DNA from: Candidatus Micrarchaeota archaeon | GTDB taxonomy: Archaea; Micrarchaeota; Micrarchaeia; Anstonellales; Bilamarchaeaceae | Assembly: GCA_038046765.1 (NCBI GenBank) | Contig: JBBSVN010000003.1 | Coordinates: 1-64,000 of the forward strand | Length of the DNA: 64,000 nucleotides | Reading direction: 5' to 3' | Part shown: positions 30,636 to 40,891 of the stretch, one piece after another | Layout: each line of letters starts with the position of its first letter | Numbering within the stretch: position 1 is the stretch's first letter | Notes under the pieces: generated by a model | Database searches by the model: none | What the model saw: only the letters and a program-made list of their open reading frames with translations | Told to the model about the DNA's origin: nothing | Made by a program: the position numbers and the translations under genes

Positions 30636-31346
30636 TTAGTAAAAATCCATTACACGTGTTCTTTCGTTTACCATGTTTGTTACTGCACGCCAATTCCAAC
30701 TTTGTATATCCTTTAATCTAGATTCTTCCAAATCCCCTACAAATAATCGTTCTATTCTGAAATCTCTTTCCAATTGTTTCAATTCATCTTTTTCATCTTC
30801 ATTAAGTTTGATCAGGTCCAATTTTAGTTCTATTATTGCATTTATTATTGTAAGAATTCGAATTACTTTTGTTTCGTAATTTCCTATAGAACTTCCAGAA
30901 ATAACTAATGGAATTTCCAGTTTGAATATTCCATCTATAGCCGTCCTTAGTTTTCTAATTTCGTATACTGCCCCTATTTTTTCTAATAGCATGAAGTCGT
31001 AAATTGGAGTCACAAGGTTAATCGGTTTAACCTCGTTTCTGGTTACATCAAAGTCATTTTCTACTATAAAATGACCTCCTCTAAGTATGTGTGCAGCTAT
31101 TTCTGCAGTAGTGACTTTATGGCCATAATCCCATGCTACACTTAATCTATCTTTTTTAACTTCTGGGTAGAAACTATCTAGATAATGCGCTAACTTTCTA
31201 CGCTGTGCCATTAGTTCCTGGTATTCTCTTCCATCAAAATTTACAAGCTTAATTCTACTCGTTTTTCGTCCTGCAACTGAACCTGGAAATATGGATATTA
31301 AACTACTTCTTGCGCCATTAGCAACCTTAGTCTCTGTTCTCACCAT
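30636..31346 (-). CDS. hypothetical protein (orphan)
   Basis: 236-aa ORF with upstream TTTAAAAA. Confidence 0.72.
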   Translation of the reverse strand: MVRTETKVANGARSSLISIFPGSVAGRKTSRIKLVNFDGREYQELMAQRRKLAHYLDSFYPEVKKDRLSVAWDYGHKVTTAEIAAHILRGGHFIVENDFDVTRNEVKPINLVTPIYDFMLLEKIGAVYEIRKLRTAIDGIFKLEIPLVISGSSIGNYETKVIRILTIINAIIELKLDLIKLNEDEKDELKQLERDFRIERLFVGDLEESRLKDIQSWNWRAVTNMVNERTRVMDFY

Positions 31347-31713
31347 AATTCTATTTAATTCCTATCCGTTTTTAAATACACAATATAATTTTATTAGTAA
31401 CATATTAATGTGCACTTTGTCTTTTGCATTTTTATTCTATTGATTTTAAGAAATAAATTTAAACTTTGGTTTATTCTAGCTTAGTCTATTTCTGATCTTT
31501 GCTTATCTGCAAATGCGATAAAAGTCTTCAAGATCGTTATTTTTTAAAAGGTGAGAATGAAGAACAATTTGTCTTCTCTGTCCATAATTCTGAAAGAATT
31601 TAATTGTTTTAGTCCATAAAAATGGACAGCTTTAAATTACCCTTATTGTTAACTGGAAATGCTCGCAAAGAAGGCTTAGGTTTAGGGATGGTTTTAATAC
31701 TATAACTTTTTAT

Positions 31714-33144
31714 CTAAGCTTTCTTAGCCTGGTACAAATGTATTGCCTTTCCTAAAGCAGCTTCAGCCGCTTCTCCAAGCGCTTCTGGGAATGTTGGATG
31801 TGGATGAATTGTCAAAGCTAAATCCTCTAATGTCATTCCCATTTCTAAACCTAATCCTGCTTCGCTAATTAAATCGCTAGCGTTCGCTGCAACAATGTGA
31901 ACTCCTAAAACCTGTTCGGTTTTTTCATCAGCGATTACTTTTACAAAACCTTCGCTCTTACTTACGCTTACTGCACGGCCTAAGGCAGTCATCGGGAACT
32001 TTCCAATCTTTAATTTGTAACCTTGTGCTATCGCTTCTTTTTCTGATAAACCAACATAAGCGATTTCAGGATCAGAGAAAACAACTGCAGGGATAATACT
32101 CGTGTCGAATGCGCTTTTCATTCCACAGATTACTTCAGCCGCAACTTTGCCATCCATAAATGCTTTATGTGCTAGCATCGGTCCATCAACGATATCTCCA
32201 ATTGCATAAATATGGTAGTCATTTGTTTTTCTTTGTGCATCAACTTTTACAAATCCTTTTTCATTTAACTGAACCTGTGTTTTTTCTAGTCCTAAATTTG
32301 CTGTATTTGGTTTTCGTCCTACTGCGACTAAAACTTTTTGTGCTTCAATTGCGACCATTCCTAAATCTTTCGAGTTTATCGAAACAGTCGATTTTAAATC
32401 TCCTTTTTGTATTCTTTCTGGAGTTGCGCCCTCATAAAGATCGATTCCAAGTTCCTTCATTTTAGTATAAACTGGTGCGACTATGTCCCGATCAAGTTGC
32501 GAAAGTAAAACGCTTCTTGCGATCATACTAACCTTTGTACCTAATTTTGCATAGAGCATTCCCATTTCAATTGCAATATATCCCGCGCCTAATACGATCA
32601 TGGATTTTGGAATTTCCTTTAGTTTTAACGCATGAGTTGAATTAATTACAATGTTTCCATCTGGTTCAAAACCCGGCAAATATGTGGGACTCGAACCCGT
32701 TGCTACGATCGCTTTTTCAAATTCAACATAAGCAGTTTTTTCTTCGGTGGTTATTGAAACTTTCCTAGATGAAACAAACTTAGCCTCTGCATTAATCAAG
32801 TTTATATTATACTTCTTAAATAATCCAGCAATTCCGCCTCGTAATTGTTCTATATTTTTCTCCTTCCATTCTTGAAGCTTTGCATTATCCATCTTTACAT
32901 CCGCACAAATAAGTCCGAATTTAGCACCTTTCTTAGTCATTTCGTACTGGTTTGCGGCATAAATTAATGCCTTAGAAGGAATACAACCATGATTTAAGCA
33001 AATCCCGCCTAATCCGTTTGGGTCTTTTTCGATTACAGTTACTTCTTTTCCAAGTTGTGCTGCTCGTATTGCTGCAACATATCCGCCTGGTCCTCCACCA
33101 ATTACTGCGATTTCTGTTCCTGCTGGAATATCCCCTACTACGAT
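31714..33144 (-). CDS. lpdA: dihydrolipoamide dehydrogenase (probable ATC start)
   Basis: GGGPGGYVAA, GGICLNHGCIPSK, HPHPTFPE; N-terminus matches family MVVGD if ATC at 33144 initiates. Confidence 0.96.
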   Translation of the reverse strand: MVVGDIPAGTEIAVIGGGPGGYVAAIRAAQLGKEVTVIEKDPNGLGGICLNHGCIPSKALIYAANQYEMTKKGAKFGLICADVKMDNAKLQEWKEKNIEQLRGGIAGLFKKYNINLINAEAKFVSSRKVSITTEEKTAYVEFEKAIVATGSSPTYLPGFEPDGNIVINSTHALKLKEIPKSMIVLGAGYIAIEMGMLYAKLGTKVSMIARSVLLSQLDRDIVAPVYTKMKELGIDLYEGATPERIQKGDLKSTVSINSKDLGMVAIEAQKVLVAVGRKPNTANLGLEKTQVQLNEKGFVKVDAQRKTNDYHIYAIGDIVDGPMLAHKAFMDGKVAAEVICGMKSAFDTSIIPAVVFSDPEIAYVGLSEKEAIAQGYKLKIGKFPMTALGRAVSVSKSEGFVKVIADEKTEQVLGVHIVAANASDLISEAGLGLEMGMTLEDLALTIHPHPTFPEALGEAAEAALGKAIHLYQAKKA

Positions 33145-33330
33145 AAAAATCACCTAAGAATTAAATTGATGTTATTTATTAGAAAAATGTTTCCCTCTAA
33201 ATAAATAAAAAGCAGTATGGTGTGGGGTTAGGTGAATGACGAATTTACATAGACACTTGTGTTTTTAATTTATTTCTAAATATACTTTATAATAATACTA
33301 ATAGAAGGAATATTCGTACAAGGTGAACTT

Positions 33331-33699
33331 ATGAGTTGTCCATTTCATCGAACAAAACCTACAATAATAATACCTGAAAAACAATCGAACTTTTCATCGT
33401 TAGCTGTTCTAGCATTTGCCAGCCTTTTAGCAGTTCCTCTTTTTGCCGGAGGACGTAGAGAGGAAAAACCCTTTTCAAAACACGCTGCAAGTGAATTTTG
33501 CTATGACGTCAACAGTTTTAGCGTAAGGAAACCCTCTACGGCAAAACAAAATGCAGACGCAATACATTTAAATATTTTTAACGCACCAGAAGATCTTGTT
33601 TTTCCAGCTATAGTTACTACTCAAGTAGGCACCAATGTAACTGCTCGGATTGAAGGAAAAACCTATTCATTTAGTGTATGTTCTAGTCATAAGCCTTAA
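33331..33699 (+). CDS. hypothetical exported protein (orphan)
   Basis: GGTGA RBS; one hydrophobic segment. Confidence 0.65.
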   Translation: MSCPFHRTKPTIIIPEKQSNFSSLAVLAFASLLAVPLFAGGRREEKPFSKHAASEFCYDVNSFSVRKPSTAKQNADAIHLNIFNAPEDLVFPAIVTTQVGTNVTARIEGKTYSFSVCSSHKP

Positions 33700-33747
33700 A
33701 CCTAACAAAATCGCAAGTAATAAAAAGCAAAAAAACTAATTATCTTT

Positions 33748-34428
33748 ATGGATAGTGATGGGGATGTTGTAGTAAGTAAAGAAATGCTAAAAGCAATAGG
33801 AGCAGACACTAGGATAAATATTTTAAAAGCATTAAAAGAAAGACAAAAAACTCAGAGTGAACTTGCTACTGAACTAAAATTAAGCCCTCCAACTGTGCTA
33901 GATCATGTCCAACAATTGGAAAATGCAAAACTAATAAAGAGATCAGAAGAGTCAATAGAAAGAAAATGGAAATATTACGAATTAACTTCAACTGGTAGAA
34001 AGTTGGTTGAACGAAAACGCATAAATATGATTTTTCTTTTGTCCGCTTTGGCACTATTTGTAATCGCTGCATTTGCACTATTTTATACTAATCCGTTTAG
34101 TGTTCAGGGATCAAATTTCGTTTCAGTTAGTCAAAAATCCTTTGCACCAATAGAAGTAAATAGTGAAATAATTCCTACGTCTAATCAAATTTTTGTTATT
34201 GAAAAATCATCTGGAACAAGTACGGATTCCAATGCTGAGTTTCTAAATAATCAGACTTCGCAAAATTCTTCTGTTAGAACCCCTGCCGAGGCACCCCCCT
34301 TATCCAGATCAGTTATAACTGAACCTCGGGACCAGCCGTCTCCTGGAGTAAATTCTCCTGAACCTGCCCCAGCCATACAAGAAAATAATACTAATTTAAC
34401 AAACCACACACAAAATAGCTCGGGATAA
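33748..34428 (+). CDS. membrane-anchored ArsR-family wHTH regulator
   Basis: DTRINILKAL..SELA..SPPTVLDHVQQL..KWKYYELT, then TM and low-complexity tail. Confidence 0.85.
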   Translation: MDSDGDVVVSKEMLKAIGADTRINILKALKERQKTQSELATELKLSPPTVLDHVQQLENAKLIKRSEESIERKWKYYELTSTGRKLVERKRINMIFLLSALALFVIAAFALFYTNPFSVQGSNFVSVSQKSFAPIEVNSEIIPTSNQIFVIEKSSGTSTDSNAEFLNNQTSQNSSVRTPAEAPPLSRSVITEPRDQPSPGVNSPEPAPAIQENNTNLTNHTQNSSG

Positions 34429-34507
34429 GTTCTATAAATTCGTTTGTTTTAATTATTTAATACTATTAAACTTGTTTTTGAATATACTTATAGGGGTGTT
34501 TTTTAAA

Positions 34508-35983
34508 ATGTCATTTGAACAAAAAGAATTCAAAAAACCAGAATTTACAAAAATAAATGATTACATCTGGGAGATTCCAACTAGTTTTAAACAAGGTATG
34601 CGTGTTCCAGCAAGAATTTACGCAACAAAAAAGATACTCGATGCAATAGATTTACATGTTTACGATCAAATTACAAATGTTGCAACGCTACCTGGAATTG
34701 TAAATCATGCCTATTGTATGCCTGATGGCCACTCTGGGTACGGATTTCCAATTGGCGGAGTAGCTGCAATGGATATTAACAATGGCGGAGTAATTTCGCC
34801 AGGAGGAATCGGGTTTGATATTAATTGCGGTATGCGTTTAATCACTACAAATCTAACTATAAAAGATGTTCAACCGAAACTAAAAGAATTAATCGATCTT
34901 TTATTTAAGCGTGTTCCAGCTGGAGTTGGAAGCGAAGGATTTGTAAAAATGAACAAAACTGAATTTAGGCAGGTTATTGAGCAAGGAGCCAGGTGGTGCG
35001 TAGACAAGGGCTACGGTTGGCAGGAAGATTTGGAAGTAACTGAACTAAACGGTTGCTTCGAAGACGCAGATAATACAAAAGTAAGCGGCAAAGCCGTTGA
35101 ACGTGGTATGAATCAAATCGGAACACTTGGTTCAGGAAACCATTACCTAGAAATACAACATGTAAAAGAAGAAAATATAATCGATAAAGCGCTTGCTAAA
35201 AAATGGGGCATATTCCCAGATCAAATCGTTATTATGTTTCATTGTGGTTCACGTGGTTTTGGTCACCAGGTTGCAACTGATTATCTTAATCTTTTCTTAA
35301 GTGTTATGGAAAGTAAATACAAAATAAAGATACTCGATCGAGAATTAGCATGCGCTCCGTTTAATTCTCCTGAAGGCCAGGATTATTTTAAAGCAATGAA
35401 ATGCGCAGTTAACATGAGTTTTGCAAATAGGCAAACAATCGTTCAAAGAATAAGGGAAGCATTTTCAACTGTTTTTAAGGTTGATTCTGAAAAACTTGGT
35501 ATGAAACAAGTTTATGATATTGCACATAATCGGGCTAGCGTTGAAAAACATTTAGTTGATGGATCATGGAAAGAATTAGTTGTGCATAGAAAAGGAGCAA
35601 CCGCAGCCTTTGGCCCAAATCGACCCGAAGTTGTTGCTAAATACCGAGAAGATGGTCAACCAATCATGATCGGCGGAAGTATGGAAACTGGAAGTTACTT
35701 ACTTTCTGGTTTAGAATCTGGTGCTCAAACCTGGTACACAACAGCGCATGGTAGCGGACGAACGATGTCACGAACACGAGCTAAAGGCCAGTTTAGGGGA
35801 GACGAGCTACTAAAAGACATGGAAAAGCGAGGAATTTATGTTAAAAGCGTTTCAAATGCTGGAGTTGCTGAAGAAGCGGGCGCTGCATATAAAGATATTG
35901 ATGAAGTAATCGAAGCAGCTCATCTAAGCGGAATATCTAATAAAGTTGTTAAATTAATTCCGATTGGGAATGTTAAGGGGTAA
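34508..35983 (+). CDS. rtcB: RNA-splicing ligase RtcB
   Basis: MPDGHSGYGFPIGG, GFDINCG, GSGNHYLE, HRKGAT, HGSGR, EEAGAAYKD. Confidence 0.98.
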   Translation: MSFEQKEFKKPEFTKINDYIWEIPTSFKQGMRVPARIYATKKILDAIDLHVYDQITNVATLPGIVNHAYCMPDGHSGYGFPIGGVAAMDINNGGVISPGGIGFDINCGMRLITTNLTIKDVQPKLKELIDLLFKRVPAGVGSEGFVKMNKTEFRQVIEQGARWCVDKGYGWQEDLEVTELNGCFEDADNTKVSGKAVERGMNQIGTLGSGNHYLEIQHVKEENIIDKALAKKWGIFPDQIVIMFHCGSRGFGHQVATDYLNLFLSVMESKYKIKILDRELACAPFNSPEGQDYFKAMKCAVNMSFANRQTIVQRIREAFSTVFKVDSEKLGMKQVYDIAHNRASVEKHLVDGSWKELVVHRKGATAAFGPNRPEVVAKYREDGQPIMIGGSMETGSYLLSGLESGAQTWYTTAHGSGRTMSRTRAKGQFRGDELLKDMEKRGIYVKSVSNAGVAEEAGAAYKDIDEVIEAAHLSGISNKVVKLIPIGNVKG

Positions 35984-36001
35984 TAAATTAAGGGATAACT
36001 C

Positions 36002-36934
36002 ATGGAAACAAGCATGGATCATTCAAAAGATTTAAGCAATTTGGAGCGTATTCCAATTACTCTAGTTACAGGTTACCTTGGTTCAGGTAAAACAAGTTTG
36101 CTTAAGCATATCCTAGATCGATCGAAAAAGAAAATCGCAATAATCATGAATGAATTTGGTGATATTGCAATTGACTCAAAAGTAATTAAGGGTAAGAATG
36201 TAGAAATAGCAGAGCTATCTGGGGGTTGCGTTTGCTGTTCGATGACTGGCGAATTTGAAGCCGCAGTAAAAGAAATTATTGAATTAGCAAAACCCGAATG
36301 GATAATTCTAGAAACAACAGGAGTAGCTGAACCTAGTTCACTAGTTTTTGAAATAGGAAATGATCTAAATCAAGTTCGTTTAGATGCAATTGTTACTATC
36401 GTTGATGCTGATGCGATGCTAAGGTTTCCTCAATTAGGTCATACTGGTAAAGAACAGATACAAATTGCAGATATCATTATCTTAAATAAAATCGACTTAG
36501 TTGACGAATATCAAATCCAGGATGTTATTGCCAAAATTCAGGAAATAAATCCTAATCCAAGAATAATCATCGCAAAAGCAATTCGTTCGAAAGTTCCTCC
36601 TGAATTTCTATTTGGGTTAAATCGGGATCATATAATGCAGGAACATAAAAAACACAACAATGAAACTGAAGTTTTCGTATTTGAAGAGGACATTCACTTA
36701 AATAAAGAAAAATTAGTAAAATTCTTAGAACATCTTCCAAAGGAAATTTATCGTGCAAAAGGATTTATAAAATGTGAAAACAAAGAAACTTACCTTTTAA
36801 ATTACGTTGCTGGAAGATTTGAATTAGAGCCTTTTGCAGCTAAATCAACTGAATTAGTTTTTATTGGAAAAGATGTTTTAAAGCACGAAACAGAAGTAAA
36901 AAAAGCGTTGCAGAAATGTAAACTTACTAAATAA
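36002..36934 (+). CDS. COG0523/CobW-family metallochaperone GTPase
   Basis: GYLGSGKT, NEFG, GGCVCC, ETTGVA, NKID, RAKG. Confidence 0.95.
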   Translation: METSMDHSKDLSNLERIPITLVTGYLGSGKTSLLKHILDRSKKKIAIIMNEFGDIAIDSKVIKGKNVEIAELSGGCVCCSMTGEFEAAVKEIIELAKPEWIILETTGVAEPSSLVFEIGNDLNQVRLDAIVTIVDADAMLRFPQLGHTGKEQIQIADIIILNKIDLVDEYQIQDVIAKIQEINPNPRIIIAKAIRSKVPPEFLFGLNRDHIMQEHKKHNNETEVFVFEEDIHLNKEKLVKFLEHLPKEIYRAKGFIKCENKETYLLNYVAGRFELEPFAAKSTELVFIGKDVLKHETEVKKALQKCKLTK

Positions 36935-36966
36935 TCAATCCAAGTCGATAAATTAAAGTTGATATA

Positions 36967-37404
36967 ATGCCTTACAAATTTTTTGATGATGTTGCAATTG
37001 CAGATGTTGCTTTTCTAGCTACTGGAAAAACAATCGAAGAAATGTTTGAAAGCGCAGGACAAGCGACAACAAACACCATGGTTAGTGACCTTAATTCAAT
37101 TATACTAAAAAAAGAAATTGTTTTCGAACTCAAATCAAACAGCCTAGAACAATTACTCCATGATTTTTTGCAGGAACTCATATTCTATAAAGATGCAAAA
37201 CTTCTTCTGTTTAAAGAATACCAGTTAAAAATAGAAGAGCGTTACAGTCAGTTCTTTTTATCTGCTAAGTTAAAAGGAGAAAAACTTAATATGAAAAAGC
37301 ATGATCTAATCGTTGATGTTAAGGCAGTTAGCTGGCATATGTTTAAGATAGAAGAAGATAAGGAAAATAAAGAATGGAATGCTTTTGTTGTTTTGGATAT
37401 TTAG
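36967..37404 (+). CDS. archease
   Basis: Y.FFDD..ADV, DVKAVSWH, C-terminal VVLDI. Confidence 0.93.
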   Translation: MPYKFFDDVAIADVAFLATGKTIEEMFESAGQATTNTMVSDLNSIILKKEIVFELKSNSLEQLLHDFLQELIFYKDAKLLLFKEYQLKIEERYSQFFLSAKLKGEKLNMKKHDLIVDVKAVSWHMFKIEEDKENKEWNAFVVLDI

Positions 37405-37405
37405 T

Positions 37406-37828
37406 TTACTTAAACGGATTAACAACCGTTATCCAAGGTATTCTCTTGAAGTCTTTTTCGTTTTCTGTGATTATTATATCTATCTTTGATTCTTCCATAG
37501 AAGCAACAATAAGTGCATCAAAAAAATGAATTCCAAATTCATCTACCAATGCATTCGCTCTTTGAATCGTTCCTATGTTAAAAAATAAAATATTAAATGC
37601 TATTTTATAATCCGTTATCCTTGTATTTATGTCTAATCCTTTTATGTTATATTTACTAGTTAGTACATTGGAAAATTCTGATAAATTCTGAATGCTAATA
37701 AAAAGATTTCTTTCATTTACACTAGAACTAATAATATTGATCGCTAACTTTTGCTTTTCAGGGTTTTTGTCATCTTCTGCGTAAACTAATATATTAGTGT
37801 CCACTAGTTTTCTTGATCCTTGGTTCAT
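37406..37828 (-). CDS. vapC: VapC PIN-domain toxin
   Basis: VDTNILVYA, QNLSEF, FFDALIVA, ITENEKDF, VNPF; start set at ATG 37828. Confidence 0.92.
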   Translation of the reverse strand: MNQGSRKLVDTNILVYAEDDKNPEKQKLAINIISSSVNERNLFISIQNLSEFSNVLTSKYNIKGLDINTRITDYKIAFNILFFNIGTIQRANALVDEFGIHFFDALIVASMEESKIDIIITENEKDFKRIPWITVVNPFK

Positions 37829-38078
37829 AAAGTTCTTCTCGGCTTGTGTATCCTTTAAAGCCAATATGCATCCCTTTGCGCATTCTTGAGAGCATTCTTT
37901 CTACTGCTGCTTGTCGTTCATGCTCTTTTTTTAAGTTGTTAATATAACTAGAAACTGCCTCCCAAATAAAGTCACTAAGAGAGCCCTTTTTCCCTCCCAT
38001 TACCTCTTGAGCATACTTCCTAATCTCGTTTTCTTTTTCTTGGCTAACAGAAATCATTATATTTCCCATGAGTATCAA
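37794..38078 (-). CDS. VapB-like antitoxin
   Basis: Small RHH-like ORF overlapping vapC, with SREELYE near the C-terminus. Confidence 0.8.
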   Translation of the reverse strand: MILMGNIMISVSQEKENEIRKYAQEVMGGKKGSLSDFIWEAVSSYINNLKKEHERQAAVERMLSRMRKGMHIGFKGYTSREELYEPRIKKTSGH

Positions 38079-38108
38079 CTATATATATCTATGGAAATAC
38101 TTATATAT

Positions 38109-38510
38109 CTATTTATTACCCTCTTTCTCGTTTGCCTGTATAAGTGCCTTTTTCAAAACCTCCAGACTCATTAAAGCACATTTTAATCTTGACGGGTTTT
38201 TGCTTAAATCTATTTTTATAATCCGCAAAATATCTTCTTTTTCATACTTTGCCAAGTCAACTAGCTTTTTACCTTTAATTTCTTCTGTAAGTAAACAAGC
38301 AGTTGCCTGACTTATTGCACAACCAGAACCTATGAATTTTGCTTCTTCTATAACTCCATTTTTTTCATTTACCCTAAGAAACAGTTCTATTTTATCTCCG
38401 CAAAGTGGGTTGTAGCTTTTTGCGGTTCTATTGGCTCCATCTAGCTTTCCAAAGTTTATTGGATTTTTGTAAAGTTCTAGTATAAAATCTTGATAAATAT
38501 CGTTTGGCAT
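38109..38510 (-). CDS. sufU: SufU/IscU-type Fe-S scaffold / sulfur acceptor
   Basis: NPLCGD, GCAISQA, RLKCA. Confidence 0.93.
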   Translation of the reverse strand: MPNDIYQDFILELYKNPINFGKLDGANRTAKSYNPLCGDKIELFLRVNEKNGVIEEAKFIGSGCAISQATACLLTEEIKGKKLVDLAKYEKEDILRIIKIDLSKNPSRLKCALMSLEVLKKALIQANEKEGNK

Positions 38511-38554
38511 CTTATCAACTCAGTTGCTACTGGCTACTTGCCACATGCTAACTG

Positions 38555-39523
38555 CTAATCAATATCTACATTAATTCCCTTTTCATCTATTTCTGTTTCT
38601 TTTTTCAAAAATTCTTTGTAAGTTGAATCTGTTTGACTTAATGTTTTTAATTTTCCCTCTTCAAGATATTTTGGATCGATGTACCTGAATTTTTTTCTAA
38701 GTTTTAACTGTGGGGTTTCCAAATTTACCTTGTAGTTAATTTTATTCTTAAGAGTTTGTAAAAATTTTAAGATGTGTCTATTGCCACTACTCTTAAGTTT
38801 CTCTAATACATATTCATCATCCTGGTCTAAATCTTCTAAGGTGATAATTTTCTCGTTAAGCGCCCGTTTCAAACATTCTGACATCAAATAATATCTTATT
38901 GTACTTTCCGGTCCTCCCCAGTGTTCACGATGGCACTTTGAGAATAAATACGCAAACTTTGTAGCTGTTTCTTTTGAAGAAAATACGATCGCACCATCGT
39001 GCACGATCAAATTATCAAAACATTCCTTCGCTGTTTCTTTACTATGTTCATAGTATATTTCCCTAAGTGCATAATCTATCCTGTCAGCACATAATTCGCC
39101 CTTTGGCTGCTCGAGCAATTTAAAATTTTCCAGGTTCGCCATTTTTCTAGGATTAAATCCATATTTCTTAAGTATGCTAGAAATTTTTGTTCTAAGTATT
39201 ACTTTTTCATGTATGCTGTCCTGATAACCTTCTTTAAGCGGGTCTCCTATAGCCCAATCTGCTATATGCGAAAAAGCAGTGTGAGAAACATCATGAATTA
39301 ATCCTGCGGTTTGTTCTTGTATCTCTGCGCCTAGTTTACGTAATAAAAGCATTACTCCAATTGAATGCTCGTATCTGGAATATCCTTGAAGATGGTAATA
39401 CTTTTTTGGTAAACCGTATTGCGAGATTTTCTTTAATCTTTGCATTGGTTTAGACTCTATTAGTTCTATTAAAACAGGCTCTTCTAGTTCATAGTCTCCA
39501 TAAATAAAATCAGAAATTTGCAT
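38555..39523 (-). CDS. HD-domain phosphohydrolase
   Basis: RYEHSIG, LIHDVSHTAFSH, ADRIDY. Confidence 0.92.
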   Translation of the reverse strand: MQISDFIYGDYELEEPVLIELIESKPMQRLKKISQYGLPKKYYHLQGYSRYEHSIGVMLLLRKLGAEIQEQTAGLIHDVSHTAFSHIADWAIGDPLKEGYQDSIHEKVILRTKISSILKKYGFNPRKMANLENFKLLEQPKGELCADRIDYALREIYYEHSKETAKECFDNLIVHDGAIVFSSKETATKFAYLFSKCHREHWGGPESTIRYYLMSECLKRALNEKIITLEDLDQDDEYVLEKLKSSGNRHILKFLQTLKNKINYKVNLETPQLKLRKKFRYIDPKYLEEGKLKTLSQTDSTYKEFLKKETEIDEKGINVDID

Positions 39524-39526
39524 GTT

Positions 39527-40747
39527 CTAAACCTTAAAAACTTTTTTTACTTCTTGTATTGCCCCAAGTAGTTTATTCACATCCTCTTTCGTGTTGTATA
39601 AATAGAAACTTGCTCTTGCACTAGCTGGGATTTTCAAATAGTCATGAAGTGGCATTGCGCAGTGATGACCGCTTCTTATTGCAATATTAAGTTCATCTAA
39701 TATTGTTGCAACATCGTGTCCATGAACACTTCCGATATTGAATGCTATTGCACCTACTTTCTTATTTGCGTTTTTTGGTCCCAAAACTTTTACATTTTCG
39801 ATCTGATTAATTTTATCTAGTGCGTACTTTGTAGTCTCTTTTTCATGTTGTTCGATTTGATCAAGTCCTATATTTTCTAAATACTCTATGGCACTACCTA
39901 AACCAATCACCTGTGCAATTGGCTGTGTTCCTGCTTCAAATTTATATGGCAGTTTGTTCCAAGTGCTTTCGTAAGTTTTTACCTCACTAATCATTTCGCC
40001 TCCGTAAAAGAAAGGGTCGCTTTTTTCTAATAATTCCTCTTTAGAATAAAGAATGCCGATTCCAGTTGGACCTAGCATCTTATGGCCTGAAAAACAAAGG
40101 AAATCACAATTCATTTTTTTTACATCAATTTTCATATGCGGTACGCTTTGCGCGCCATCTATAACTGATACGGCTCCTGCTTCATTTGCCATCTTACATA
40201 TTTGATTTACATCATTTATTGTTCCTAAAACATTTGATGCATGTGTTAGTGCAACGATCTTTGCTCCTTTTATTTTATTTTTTAAGTCCTCATAATCTAA
40301 TTCATAATTATTTGTTATTTTTACAACTTCTAATTTCGCGCCAGTTTTTTTAGCGAGCTGCTGCCATGGGACAAAATTACTGTGGTGTTCCATTACGGAT
40401 ATTACTATCTTGTCTGGTTTTTTTACAAATTTTTCCCCATAACAACGCATTACTAAGTTTATTGCATGGGTAGTTCCGCTAGTATAAATTATCTCCTTTT
40501 CACTTTTTGCACCAATAAAATCTCTTACTTTTTCGCGGGTTTTTTCGTATTTTTCAGTTGCAATTTCACTTATTTTGTAAACGCCCCGGTGTACGTTTGC
40601 GCTAAATTCCTCATAGTATTCATTCATTGCAGATATAACTTTTTTGGGTTTTAGTGAAGTCGCTGCAGAATCTAGGTAAACCAACTCTGGGTTTTTTTCG
40701 AATATTGGAAAATCCTTTTTAATCTCATTTAAATTCATGGAAATCAT
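39527..40747 (-). CDS. sufS: cysteine desulfurase
   Basis: YLDSAATS, SGHKMLGPTG, RSGHHCA. Confidence 0.97.
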   Translation of the reverse strand: MISMNLNEIKKDFPIFEKNPELVYLDSAATSLKPKKVISAMNEYYEEFSANVHRGVYKISEIATEKYEKTREKVRDFIGAKSEKEIIYTSGTTHAINLVMRCYGEKFVKKPDKIVISVMEHHSNFVPWQQLAKKTGAKLEVVKITNNYELDYEDLKNKIKGAKIVALTHASNVLGTINDVNQICKMANEAGAVSVIDGAQSVPHMKIDVKKMNCDFLCFSGHKMLGPTGIGILYSKEELLEKSDPFFYGGEMISEVKTYESTWNKLPYKFEAGTQPIAQVIGLGSAIEYLENIGLDQIEQHEKETTKYALDKINQIENVKVLGPKNANKKVGAIAFNIGSVHGHDVATILDELNIAIRSGHHCAMPLHDYLKIPASARASFYLYNTKEDVNKLLGAIQEVKKVFKV

Positions 40748-40795
40748 CTATTCTAATCAGATTATAATATATAATCTTAGAGCGATAATTTTAAA

Positions 40796-40811
40796 ATTAG
40801 GCGTGCCTAAT
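40796..40811. promoter_or_regulatory. palindromic operator in the divergent suf promoter (DtxR/SirR-box-like)
   Basis: ATTAGGC-GT-GCCTAAT, matching TTAGG-N4-CCTAA. Confidence 0.6.
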
Positions 40812-40891
40812 ATATTACTATAATTACTATTTACCTAAGATATTAATTATAGGGTATATCTATAATTTCTTAAAAATCGGTGAAATAATTT

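Noticed and set aside
31490..31705. Short ORFs or gene remnant between the orphan and lpdA
   Set aside because: Only 20-35-codon frames with no recognisable similarity.
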